A stretch of DNA of 64,000 nucleotides from an uncultured Eubacteriales bacterium. Its GTDB lineage: Bacteria > Bacillota > Clostridia > Christensenellales > CAG-138. A model generated the notes under the pieces. It made no database searches and was not told the origin of the DNA. It saw only the letters and a program-made list of their open reading frames with translations. The position numbers and the translations under genes are program-made. Shown here in pieces: positions 26,658-35,326 of the stretch; position 1 is the stretch's first letter; each line of letters begins with the position of its first letter. The stretch spans positions 3,878 to 67,877 of the forward strand of contig CADAGD010000007.1 of assembly GCA_902787375.1 (NCBI GenBank). Reading direction: 5' to 3'.

Positions 26658-27206
26658 ATGGTTCAGCACAACAAGGATACCACTCCGGCAGAGCCGGAAT
26701 TGCGGCTTTACATTCCGCGTCCCGAAGACGGCGGGTTCTATGTGAAGATGCTGTCCGATCCCGATACAATGGCTTATAACGCGCCGTGGTTTCCTCCGGA
26801 TGGCTGCATACCCGACGCGGAATCCGATTGGGAGAATTTGCAGGTCTGTTTTATCGGGAACGAGCCAAAGAGATTCTATGCCTATTTGCAGCGTGTGTCG
26901 GACGGAGCGTTTGTGGGCGACGTGAACTATCACTACAATCCCGATGAAGATTGGTACGATATGGGCATCGTTATCTATGCGCCGGAGCGAGGCAAGGGCT
27001 ATGGGAAGCAGGGGCTTCGTCTGCTCCTTGACAGGGCATTCAACGTCAATGGAATCTCCCGCCTGCACAACGAGTTTGAAACCACACGCGATGCGGCGTA
27101 TAAAGTCCATAAGGCGGTTGGATTCAGGGACGTCGGCAGGAAGAATGATATTCTCTATCTGGAGCTGACACGGGAGCAGTATCTTGCCGATGCCGCGGAG
27201 CAGTAA
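26658..27206 (+). CDS. GNAT family N-acetyltransferase
   Basis: IYAPERGKGYGKQGLRLLLDRAF...HKAVGF; GGAGG RBS. Confidence 0.8.
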   Translation: MVQHNKDTTPAEPELRLYIPRPEDGGFYVKMLSDPDTMAYNAPWFPPDGCIPDAESDWENLQVCFIGNEPKRFYAYLQRVSDGAFVGDVNYHYNPDEDWYDMGIVIYAPERGKGYGKQGLRLLLDRAFNVNGISRLHNEFETTRDAAYKVHKAVGFRDVGRKNDILYLELTREQYLADAAEQ

Positions 27207-27323
27207 AGCATAGCGCTCCACCCTGAAGCATATTTGCATTTTGTATATTCATAACGGCAGGACTGTTGCGCAGGCTTGCCGTTTGTGCTATAATCAATGC
27301 GCATCATAATCGGAGGGTCGGAT

Positions 27324-28046
27324 ATGTATTTTGAAGAATACGGAAGCAAGAAGAATCCCGCATTGGTAATGCTTCACGGTGCATTCTTTACGGATACATT
27401 TATAAAGCAGTATCCGCTCAAGGAGCATTATCATCTCATAATCCCCCATATAAAGGGCTTTGGGAAAGCGGCGAACGAGCTGTTTGAAACCGAATCCGCC
27501 GTTGATGAGATAAGGACGCTTATGAAGGACTATGCTCCCGCATATCTTGTCGGCTTCTCGCTTGGGGCGCAGCTCGCGTTCAAGCTTGTTTCCGAAAGCC
27601 CCGAACTTATTTCCAAGGCAATATTGATAAGTCCGTGGCTTGTCGGCAAGGATGTTATATCCGATGATATGATTAACGGCAATCTCAAGATGCTCTCGCA
27701 ACTAAAGAGTCGCTTTTTCTGCAATATGATGGGGCTGTCCATGGGGCTTTCCCGCGAAAAACGTATTGAGCTTGTCAACTCGATTCAGTCAATATCGGAG
27801 CAGACGGTCAAAGCTTGCGTGGACAACGGTATCTCACTCGAATCCCTCCCCCGCTTTTCATTTGTCAGCACGCCCGTTCTTGCCATAGCGGGAAAAAAGG
27901 AGCCTGAGGACATCATACTAAGCGTCAAAAAGCTGTCCGAGATGAACTCAAGCTTCGCCTATGAGCTATGGGAAGGGGCGCGTCACAACATACCGACAAT
28001 GCGCGCAAAGCGTCTTAAACGTGAGCTTGTCGAGTTTTTCAAATGA
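27324..28046 (+). CDS. Alpha/beta hydrolase
   Basis: VMLHGAFF, nucleophile elbow GFSLGAQLA, ...GARHNIP; GGAGGG RBS. Confidence 0.75.
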   Translation: MYFEEYGSKKNPALVMLHGAFFTDTFIKQYPLKEHYHLIIPHIKGFGKAANELFETESAVDEIRTLMKDYAPAYLVGFSLGAQLAFKLVSESPELISKAILISPWLVGKDVISDDMINGNLKMLSQLKSRFFCNMMGLSMGLSREKRIELVNSIQSISEQTVKACVDNGISLESLPRFSFVSTPVLAIAGKKEPEDIILSVKKLSEMNSSFAYELWEGARHNIPTMRAKRLKRELVEFFK

Positions 28047-28094
28047 CATGAACGGCACAGAATGTTAAATCAGCAAAGGCAGTAAAGGTTTTTT

Positions 28095-28919
28095 ATGGGT
28101 ATAATTATCGGAATAGACGTCGGAGGATCAACCACCAAAATAGTCGGCATACGTCCAGACAGGACGCTCATATCAACAATGATGGTCAAGGCATACGACC
28201 AGTTGACGTCCTTCTACGGTGCGCTCGGCAATTATCTGGATACGAACGGCATACAGCTCTCCGACGTTGACTGCATCTATACAACCGGCGTCGGAAGCTC
28301 TTTTCTGAGCGGCAGCATTTACGGGCTTAAAACAATAAATATTGAGGAGTTCCCCGCCATAGGCATGGGCGGGCTTTGGCTTTCCGGATTGAGCAACGCG
28401 GTAGTTGTCAGCATGGGTACGGGAACAGCCTTCGTCCACGCCAGCGGGAACAGCTTCAGACACATAGGCGGAAGCGGCGTCGGCGGCGGCACGCTCGTCG
28501 GGCTTGGGTATAAGCTCACAAGTGCGGACAGCTTCAGCTCATTATGCAGGCTCGCGGCAAAGGGGAGCCTGAAAAATGTTGATCTGACAATAGGCGACAT
28601 ATCAAAAAAGAGCATTTCCACCCTGCACTCCGAAATAACGGCGGCAAATTTCGCAAACATAAACAGCCTCACAAGCGAGGAGGATATAGCCCTCGGTCTT
28701 ATCAATCTCGTTCTGCAAACCGTTTTCACGCTCGGCATTTTTGCCGCAAGAGGCACGGATACGCCCGATTGCCCCATCGTGCTGACAGGCTCCCTCACCG
28801 AGCTTAAACAGATAGGCTCGGTCGTTGAAAGCTTTTCCACGCTGTATCCGAACAAATTTATCACTCCGCCTCACGCCATATTCGCAACCGCCATAGGCGC
28901 GGCTCTGCATGGCTGCTGA
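28095..28919 (+). CDS. coaW: Type II pantothenate kinase
   Basis: GIDVGGSTTKIV, SMGTGTAF, GGSGVGGGTLVGLGYKLT, EITAANFA, ATAIGAAL; colinear with staphylococcal type II PanK motifs. Confidence 0.8.
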   Translation: MGIIIGIDVGGSTTKIVGIRPDRTLISTMMVKAYDQLTSFYGALGNYLDTNGIQLSDVDCIYTTGVGSSFLSGSIYGLKTINIEEFPAIGMGGLWLSGLSNAVVVSMGTGTAFVHASGNSFRHIGGSGVGGGTLVGLGYKLTSADSFSSLCRLAAKGSLKNVDLTIGDISKKSISTLHSEITAANFANINSLTSEEDIALGLINLVLQTVFTLGIFAARGTDTPDCPIVLTGSLTELKQIGSVVESFSTLYPNKFITPPHAIFATAIGAALHGC

Positions 28920-28991
28920 GATCATGATAATCAATCCATCGGCGGTTTGGATTCGCTCGACAAAATATATTAACAAAATCACAAAAAGGGC

Positions 28992-29020
28992 TTGCTTTTT
29001 TCGTGCCAATAGTTTATAAT
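28992..29020 (+). promoter_or_regulatory. Promoter of tRNA-Thr
   Basis: TTGCTT (28992-28997), 17 nt, TATAAT (29015-29020). Confidence 0.5.
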
Positions 29021-29041
29021 ATCAAAGTCGCTTGACGGCAC

Positions 29042-29117
29042 GCTGGTGTAGCTCAGTAGGTAGAGCACTTCATTGGTAATGAAGAGGTAGGCAGTCCGAA
29101 TCTGCTCACCAGCTCCA
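29042..29117 (+). tRNA. tRNA-Thr (anticodon GGT)
   Basis: GCTGGTGTAGCTCAGTAGGTAGAGCACTTCATTGGTAATGAAGAGGTAGGCAGTCCGAATCTGCTCACCAGCTCCA. Confidence 0.9.
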
Positions 29118-29118
29118 A
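29073..29118 (+). repeat. Direct repeat 1 (att-like; 3' half of tRNA-Thr)
   Basis: 46 nt identical to 35175-35220 except one mismatch (29085 G vs 35187 T). Confidence 0.9.
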
Positions 29119-29243
29119 GAAAAAGCCTTGATTTCACTAAGAAAATCAGGGCTTTTCTTTTATCAGCAGGGGGTGGAACATAATCCAAAACCAATACACG
29201 GTATAAAAAAAGCCGTCCGGCGGGATACCGGGCGGCGTTTGCG

Positions 29244-29528
29244 TTATTCGTTTATCGCGTTCCATACGATAGCCGCAGCGCGTTTCTTTGATTCTTCATC
29301 CGCATGGGTGTACATTCTCAGCGTTACGGCTTTATCGGAATGTCCGAGTGTTTCGGAGACGCTCGCTGCGTCAGCTCCATTTGTAATAGCTATGCTCGCG
29401 AAAGTGTGCCGCAGCTTATGCGGATGAAGATTATGTATTCCACAGCGATCAGATAAGATCTCAAGGAAACCGTCTTTATCTGCTTTTCTGCCCGTTTTCT
29501 TTAGCCGGAGTTTTCCCGGGACATGCAA
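29244..29528 (-). pseudogene. Tyrosine recombinase (phage integrase family), C-terminal catalytic fragment only
   Basis: HPHKLRHTFASIAITNGADAASVSETLGHSDKAVTLRMYTH (HxxR...H...Y box II); no N-terminal / core-binding part upstream. Confidence 0.8.
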
Positions 29529-29757
29529 AAAAGTACAATAAATGTTCTCATCCTCTGCCCGAAGCGTACGCTTCGGGCTTTTTCCATGCCCGGATCTCGC
29601 CGCGTCGGCGGTCAGTCCGAAGCGTTTTACATCATATTGCGCATATCGGCAACGGCGCCTGAATCTTTATATTGTCTTAATGCCCGGGCTTGTGCTTTAA
29701 CACTGTCTTAAAACGAAACGCAGTACAATTAAGGTGCAAAAGGGAAAGGAGAGCGTC

Positions 29758-31095
29758 ATGGACGAAGTGTTCGAAAAAAAACGCAGAGTATCGCCGTGGA
29801 TCATTATTATCCTCGGCTTTGCTGCCGTTATACTTGTCGGCACTGTTCTGCTGATGCTGCCCATATCCTCCGGAGACGGTCGTTCCGCATCGTTCGGAGA
29901 TTCGTTGTTTACCGCCGTTTCGGCAGTATGCGTGACCGGGCTTACAGTTAAGGACACCGCGTCGTGCTGGTCCGGATTCGGCCAGGGCGTGTTACTGATC
30001 CTTATTCAGATCGGGGGACTCGGCGTTGTAACGGTTGCCGCAGCGGTAACTATGCTCTCGGGGAGGAAGTTCTCGCTCTTTACACGAAGCACTATGCAGA
30101 ACGCGATGTCCGCGCCTAAACTGGGCGGTATAGTTCGATTGACGAAATTCGTTCTTAAAGGTACTTTTACAGTCGAGCTTATCGGTACGGCGGTTCTTAT
30201 TCCCGCATTCGTTTCAAGGTTCGGAGCAAAGGGCGTATGGTTTGCAGTGTTCCATTCGGTTTCCGCATTCTGCAACGCCGGCTTTGATATTATGGGATCC
30301 GAAACGGGAAGATTCTCGTCCCTTACGGCGTTTTCGGCAAACGCCGCCGTTACTTTGCCCGTGATGCTCCTCATCATGATCGGCGGCATTGGGTTCCTTA
30401 CGTGGGATGACATTCGAAAAAATAGGCTTAAGGTATCCAAATACAGCATGCAGACCAAAGTCGTGCTGACTGCTGCGGGCATTTTGATACTCATCCCCGC
30501 ATTGTGGCTTTTCTTTACGGATATGAGGAGCCTGCCGTTGGGTGAAAGGATGCTCGCTTCACTGTTTCAAGCTGTCACCCCGAGGACGGCCGGGTTCAAC
30601 ACTTTCGATCTGACGGAGCTTTCGGGCCCTTCAAAATGCATCACGACCGCATTGATGCTGATCGGAGGCTCGCCGGGCTCTACGGCGGGCGGAATGAAAA
30701 CGACGACGTTTGTACTGCTTGCCGCCAACGTTGTATCGGTATTTAAAAAGAAGGAGGATGCGGAGCTTTTCGGAAGGCGAATCAAGCCGGCGGCAGTCAG
30801 GACCGCAGGCGCGCTCTTCATAATGTATCTGGCTTTGTTCCTCGTGGGCGCGGCGGCGATCAGCAGCATAGAGGGGCTGCCAATGGAGGCCTGCCTGTTC
30901 GAGACCGCTTCCGCACTCGGTACGGTCGGGCTTTCGCTCGGCATAACGACGAGCCTCGGAACCGCGTCAAGATGCATTTTGATGCTGCTTATGTTCATGG
31001 GCAGGGTGGGCGGACTGACATTTGTTTACGCCTTCCTCTCCTCAAGCAACAGAACGAATTCAAAGCTCCCGATCGAGAGCATCATGGTGGGATAA
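29758..31095 (+). CDS. trkH: TrkH/KtrB family potassium uptake membrane subunit
   Basis: Repeated pore-loop segments (TAVSAVCVTGLTV, FHSVSAFCNAGF, FQAVTPRTAGFNT, ASALGTVGLSLG); AGGAGA RBS before ATG 29758. Confidence 0.85.
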   Translation: MDEVFEKKRRVSPWIIIILGFAAVILVGTVLLMLPISSGDGRSASFGDSLFTAVSAVCVTGLTVKDTASCWSGFGQGVLLILIQIGGLGVVTVAAAVTMLSGRKFSLFTRSTMQNAMSAPKLGGIVRLTKFVLKGTFTVELIGTAVLIPAFVSRFGAKGVWFAVFHSVSAFCNAGFDIMGSETGRFSSLTAFSANAAVTLPVMLLIMIGGIGFLTWDDIRKNRLKVSKYSMQTKVVLTAAGILILIPALWLFFTDMRSLPLGERMLASLFQAVTPRTAGFNTFDLTELSGPSKCITTALMLIGGSPGSTAGGMKTTTFVLLAANVVSVFKKKEDAELFGRRIKPAAVRTAGALFIMYLALFLVGAAAISSIEGLPMEACLFETASALGTVGLSLGITTSLGTASRCILMLLMFMGRVGGLTFVYAFLSSSNRTNSKLPIESIMVG

Positions 31096-31177
31096 TAATT
31101 CAAGCGCATGAAGGCTGCTTTGCGGCAAAACCAACATCATCGGAAAGGACGCTCCTGCACGGCAGGGGCAGGGGACA

Positions 31178-31831
31178 ATGAATATGAAAACGGTATTATT
31201 GATAGGCGTGGGCAGGTTCGGCAGACATGCGGCTGTGCAGCTTTCAAAGCTCGGGCACCAGGTAATGGCTGTGGATATCGACGAGGCGCGTGTTAACGAT
31301 ATAGTTCCCTTCGTTACCGGGGCTCAGATAGGCGACAGCACCAACGAGGCCTTTCTGCGGTCTCTCGGAGTGAAGAACTTCGATCTTTGCATAGTGGCTA
31401 TCAGCGGAGATTTTCAAAGCTCGCTGGAGACCACGTCTTTGCTGAAGGATCTTGGCGCCTCGTGCGTGATCGCAAGAGCGGAGCGCGATGTTCAGGCCAA
31501 GTTCCTGCTTAAAAACGGCGCGGATCACATCGTTTATCCCGAAAAGGAGATGGCCAGGTGGACGGCGGTGCGATATACGGGGGATCATATCATGGATTAT
31601 ATCGAGCTTGACGAGCGGCACGCCATATTCGAAGTAAAGGTGCCCGAAGCATGGCTCGGTAAAACCGTTGGAGCCCTGGACGTAAGAAAAAGATACGGCA
31701 TCAACATACTTGCCCTGAAACGGGGAGGGATAAGCAACTTCACCGTAACGCCGGATACCATGCTCTCGGGAGATACCACTCTGCTTGCGCTTGGCGAGCT
31801 TGGCGCTCTTCGAAAATGCTTCAAGATCTGA
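31178..31831 (+). CDS. trkA: TrkA/KtrA potassium uptake regulatory subunit
   Basis: LLIGVGRFGRHAA Rossmann GxGxxG (RCK_N) plus an RCK_C-like C-terminus. Confidence 0.85.
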   Translation: MNMKTVLLIGVGRFGRHAAVQLSKLGHQVMAVDIDEARVNDIVPFVTGAQIGDSTNEAFLRSLGVKNFDLCIVAISGDFQSSLETTSLLKDLGASCVIARAERDVQAKFLLKNGADHIVYPEKEMARWTAVRYTGDHIMDYIELDERHAIFEVKVPEAWLGKTVGALDVRKRYGINILALKRGGISNFTVTPDTMLSGDTTLLALGELGALRKCFKI

Positions 31832-31847
31832 CCTGGAGGTGTTATGC

Positions 31848-32099
31848 ATGGAGGACGTTGTGCTTATTGTGTCAATGGCAGCTCTGTTTGCCTTCGGATT
31901 GATCCCGGTGATAAAGCTCGACCGATTCATAAGGGGCCGTCAGATCCATTCGACAGAGCCGATACGCCGTTCGGGAAAGGGCCGCCGCGGCTTGGAAAAC
32001 GATCCCGTTAAGGAATTTGAGACCAGCGGTATCCTGTATTTCGATCTGCCCTGCGATCCCGGACAGATCGACAGAGCGGATATCGATCGGATGGAATAG
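31848..32099 (+). CDS. Hypothetical small membrane protein
   Basis: GGAGG RBS 8 nt upstream; one TM (VVLIVSMAALFAFGLIPVI). Confidence 0.35.
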   Translation: MEDVVLIVSMAALFAFGLIPVIKLDRFIRGRQIHSTEPIRRSGKGRRGLENDPVKEFETSGILYFDLPCDPGQIDRADIDRME

Positions 32100-32210
32100 C
32101 GCGGCATTTTGTGTTATAATGTTGATCGACAAATGCGAAAGGAGCGTCGATCGGCAGCTGTGGAAGGAGTAATCTCGTTGAAATCAGCCGGCAAACAGAA
32201 AAGAAGCACA

Positions 32211-34166
32211 ATGAACGAGCATATCCTCGTTTGTCTTTCCTCTTCTCCGTCAAATGAAAGAGTTGTCAGGACCGCTGTCAGGATGGCCTCGGTTTTTGGC
32301 TCCCAGCTTACGGCCCTGTACGTCCGCACTCCGGATTATGAAACGATGGATCCGGAGGACAGAAAGCGTCTTGAGGCCAACATCCGCATAGCGGAAGCCG
32401 CCGGCGCCGAAACAGTGACCACACACGGCGACGACGTTCCGGAACAGATCGCAGAATACGCGCGTCTGTCCGGCGTTACCAAGATCGTCATAGGGATCAG
32501 CACCGTGCGGCGCAGGCGTCTGTTATTCAGACCGTCGCTTACAGAAAGGCTGTTCGAACTCGTGCCGGGCATAGATATCCACGTTATTCCCTATACGGGC
32601 ACGCTGGACGGATACTACGGTAAAAAGGGTACTTTCAAGCAGTCGGTGCTGCCTTCGTGGAAGGATATGGGAATCACCGCAGCTCTGCTTGCGGCGGCTA
32701 CGGGGATAGGTCTGCTGTTTCTGAAGCTCGGATTCACCGATGCGAATATTATTACCGTCTACCTGCTCTGCGTATTCCTTATATCTATTCTGACAAAGGG
32801 CTATACCTGCGGGGCGATAGGATCATTTGCCGGCGTGATACTGTTCAACTACTTTCTTACAGAACCCAGACTTACCCTTCGCGCGTTCGGAACGGGATAT
32901 CCGGTCACATTCGCCATCATGCTCGCAGCATCCATAACGACGAGTACGCTTGCGGCCAAGCTGAAAGCGCAGGCGAAGCTCTCTGCGGGCGACGCTTTCA
33001 GGACCAAGCTCCTTTTTGATACGAACCGCATACTTCAGGGAGCAAAGGACGAGAAGGAGATACTTACCATCACCGCATCCCGCATTTCAAAGCTGCTCAA
33101 CGTCGATACCTCCGTCTATTTTGCGGATGAAAGCGGTCTTTCCTCGGGCATGCTTTTCTTTGCCGGGAGGGAGGAATCGGAGAATGCGCCTGCCGAAGGC
33201 TCCGATTTCGAAGCCGCGCAATGGGCATATTCCAACAAAACGCAGTCCGGCACGGGAATAAAGGCGCACAGATCGGTAAAATTCGTTTATACTCCGATCA
33301 GGGCAGGCGACAGCGTCTGCGGCGTGCTCGGCATTGGCGCTGCCCGCCGGGGGACGGACACTTCGGAGAAAGGCATCGTGCAGTCGATACTCGGCGAATG
33401 CGGACTTGCTCTGGAGAATCTGCGCAACGCGAAGGGGCGTGAGGAAGCGGCCGTGCTTGCAAAAAACGAACAGCTGCGCGCCAATCTTCTCAGAACGATC
33501 TCTCACGATCTGAGGACCCCGCTGACTTCTATTTCCGGCAATGCCGACACGCTGCTGACCAATCGCGCCATGTTCGACGACGAGACGACCGACAGGCTCC
33601 TTTCCGACATCCGCGATGACGCGGAATGGCTGACGGGGCTTGTGGAGAATCTGCTCTCCATCTCCAAAATAGGAGACGGAAGCATTCAGCTCGACGTATC
33701 GGATCAGATCGTGGAGGATGTGCTTGAGGAAGCGCTGCGCCATATCGACCGAGGATCCGCAGAGCATGTCATAAAGCTTGAAACGGGCGATAAACCCATG
33801 CTTGCAAGAATGGATGCAAGGCTTATAATTCAGGTGATAGTAAACCTTGTGAATAACGCCGTTAAGCATACGCCGGACGGCTCCGCAATAACCGTCAGGG
33901 CCGTGTCGGATGAAAAGCACGCGGTGATCAGCGTAAGCGACACGGGGAAGGGAATACCCGATGAATGGAAGGGAAAGGTGTTTGAGATGTTCTTCACGGG
34001 GGATAACGACGTGGGAGACAGTCGGAGAAGCATGGGATTGGGGCTCCCGCTGTGCCGCTCCATACTTGAAGCTCACGGAAGCGGGCTCATACTTGATGAC
34101 AACGTTCCTTCGGGCTGTGTATTCAGCTTTAAACTGCCGCTCAGCGAGGTGGATCTGAATGAATAA
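32211..34166 (+). CDS. kdpD: KdpD-type sensor histidine kinase (Usp-DUF4118-GAF-HisKA-HATPase; lacks the N-terminal KdpD domain)
   Basis: HILVCLSSSPSNERVVR Usp-like, four TM helices, LRTISHDLRTPLTSISG H-box, GLGLPLCRSILEAHG G2 box. Confidence 0.8.
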   Translation: MNEHILVCLSSSPSNERVVRTAVRMASVFGSQLTALYVRTPDYETMDPEDRKRLEANIRIAEAAGAETVTTHGDDVPEQIAEYARLSGVTKIVIGISTVRRRRLLFRPSLTERLFELVPGIDIHVIPYTGTLDGYYGKKGTFKQSVLPSWKDMGITAALLAAATGIGLLFLKLGFTDANIITVYLLCVFLISILTKGYTCGAIGSFAGVILFNYFLTEPRLTLRAFGTGYPVTFAIMLAASITTSTLAAKLKAQAKLSAGDAFRTKLLFDTNRILQGAKDEKEILTITASRISKLLNVDTSVYFADESGLSSGMLFFAGREESENAPAEGSDFEAAQWAYSNKTQSGTGIKAHRSVKFVYTPIRAGDSVCGVLGIGAARRGTDTSEKGIVQSILGECGLALENLRNAKGREEAAVLAKNEQLRANLLRTISHDLRTPLTSISGNADTLLTNRAMFDDETTDRLLSDIRDDAEWLTGLVENLLSISKIGDGSIQLDVSDQIVEDVLEEALRHIDRGSAEHVIKLETGDKPMLARMDARLIIQVIVNLVNNAVKHTPDGSAITVRAVSDEKHAVISVSDTGKGIPDEWKGKVFEMFFTGDNDVGDSRRSMGLGLPLCRSILEAHGSGLILDDNVPSGCVFSFKLPLSEVDLNE

Positions 34167-34875
34167 ACCTTTGATTCTTGTTGTTGAGGACGACAAACCC
34201 ATAAGGAACCTCATTTCCGCTACATTGAAGATGCATGACTACAAATTCATTGCGGCCGAAAACGGTTCGGGCGCCGTGCTGGAGGCGTCCTCTCATAACC
34301 CCGATATAATGCTGCTCGATCTCGGCCTTCCGGATATGGACGGAGTAGAGGTGATAAAGCGGATAAGGTCATGGTCGGGTATGCCGATCATAGTTATCAG
34401 CGCCCGCAGCGAAGACCGCGACAAAATAGACGCGCTGGACAGCGGTGCCGACGATTATCTCACAAAGCCGTTTTCGGTCGAAGAATTGCTTGCGCGCATA
34501 CGCGTTGCACAAAGGCGGCTCTCGGTCATTCAAACGGATAAAAATGCAGCGACCTCGCTGTTTATAAACGGCGAGCTGAAGATCGATATGGCAGCAGGAA
34601 TGGTTTTTCTCGGAGACGAGCCCATTCATCTGACTCCGATAGAGTATAAGCTGATATGTTTGCTTGCCGCCAACGTCGGCAAGGTGCTTACGCATACCTT
34701 TATAACGCAGAAGGTATGGGGAAGCAGTTGGGAGAACGATATCGCTTCACTTCGGGTCTTTATGGCAACTCTGAGAAAAAAGCTCGAATCGAACCCCGAT
34801 TGCAAAAACTGCATTCAAACTCACATCGGCGTCGGCTACCGCATGATACGCATAGATCCGCCGGATAAAGAGTAA
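34159..34875 (+). CDS. kdpE: OmpR-family response regulator (KdpE-like)
   Basis: ILVVEDDKPIR...MLLDLGLPDMDG receiver; winged-helix LTPIEYKLICLL...IQTHIGVGYR; 8-nt overlap with kdpD. Confidence 0.85.
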   Translation: MNKPLILVVEDDKPIRNLISATLKMHDYKFIAAENGSGAVLEASSHNPDIMLLDLGLPDMDGVEVIKRIRSWSGMPIIVISARSEDRDKIDALDSGADDYLTKPFSVEELLARIRVAQRRLSVIQTDKNAATSLFINGELKIDMAAGMVFLGDEPIHLTPIEYKLICLLAANVGKVLTHTFITQKVWGSSWENDIASLRVFMATLRKKLESNPDCKNCIQTHIGVGYRMIRIDPPDKE

Positions 34876-35174
34876 AACGATCGGGCTCTTTGCCCGCATA
34901 GTGAAGGAAAAAAGGCTCGTGACCGCAGGCAAGGCAGGCGCATGGGCGATATAATGAGAGCGATCCGCATATTTTGATCAATATGATTTTGCATTTTTCA
35001 CTTCCAACCCAAAACCCAAACCAAAACCCGAACGGGCACGAAAAAACAGGCGAAAACAGGCCGCAGCAAGCTGCGTAAGGCTTCGGCAAGAGGTTTTGAA
35101 AAAGCAAATAAAACACTGATAAAATTGCAAAAGAACACGATAGATCACGTCAAGAAAAAAGTTCTCGGGGTGCG

Positions 35175-35220
35175 TTGGTAATGAAGATGTAGGCAGTCCG
35201 AATCTGCTCACCAGCTCCAA
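35175..35220 (+). repeat. Direct repeat 2 (displaced 3' half of tRNA-Thr)
   Basis: ttggtaatgaagatgtaggcagtccgaatctgctcaccagctccaa; no 5' half of a tRNA upstream. Confidence 0.9.
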
Positions 35221-35255
35221 AAACCCCGTAAAACCAAGGTTTTCGGGGTTTTTCC
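35220..35255 (+). terminator. Rho-independent terminator (probably the original tRNA-Thr terminator)
   Basis: aaaaccccgtaaaaccaaggttttcggggttttt. Confidence 0.7.
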
Positions 35256-35326
35256 TTTGTTATACGATAAAGAAAAAACCGCACCAATGGACAAGCCAAT
35301 GGTGCGGTTATGCCTTTTCGGTTATG

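Larger units (their letters stand above)
29119..35220. mobile_element. Decayed tRNA-Thr-integrated genomic islet (about 6.1 kb)
   Basis: Bounded by the 46-bp tRNA-derived direct repeats; integrase remnant at the tRNA-proximal end; visibly more GC-rich than the flanks (by eye). Confidence 0.65.

Noticed and set aside
19192-27206. The GNAT-rich region as a biosynthetic or antibiotic-resistance cluster
   Set aside because: The six GNAT genes in this span are individually promoted and terminated, are mutually dissimilar, and are interspersed with unrelated genes and tRNAs. No pathway logic is visible, so the array is better explained as an accretion of cassettes.
29530-29757. c-di-AMP (ydaO-type) riboswitch upstream of trkH
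   Set aside because: I looked for the conserved GGGGA/CCCA and GGGGUGAAUC-type cores and did not find them. The region contains only a palindromic terminator-like hairpin (29557-29578) and AT-rich sequence.
33087-34214. 375-aa ORF antisense to kdpD
   Set aside because: It lies entirely inside a well-supported histidine kinase gene. Its sequence is Arg/Gly/His-rich with no motifs, the typical shadow ORF of GC-rich coding DNA. The same reasoning applies to 53344-54381 (antisense to the aconitase-family gene), 56472-57290 (ftsH), 37238-38047, 13912-14754, 10434-11264, 26631-27239, 59671-60321 and 28319-28864.
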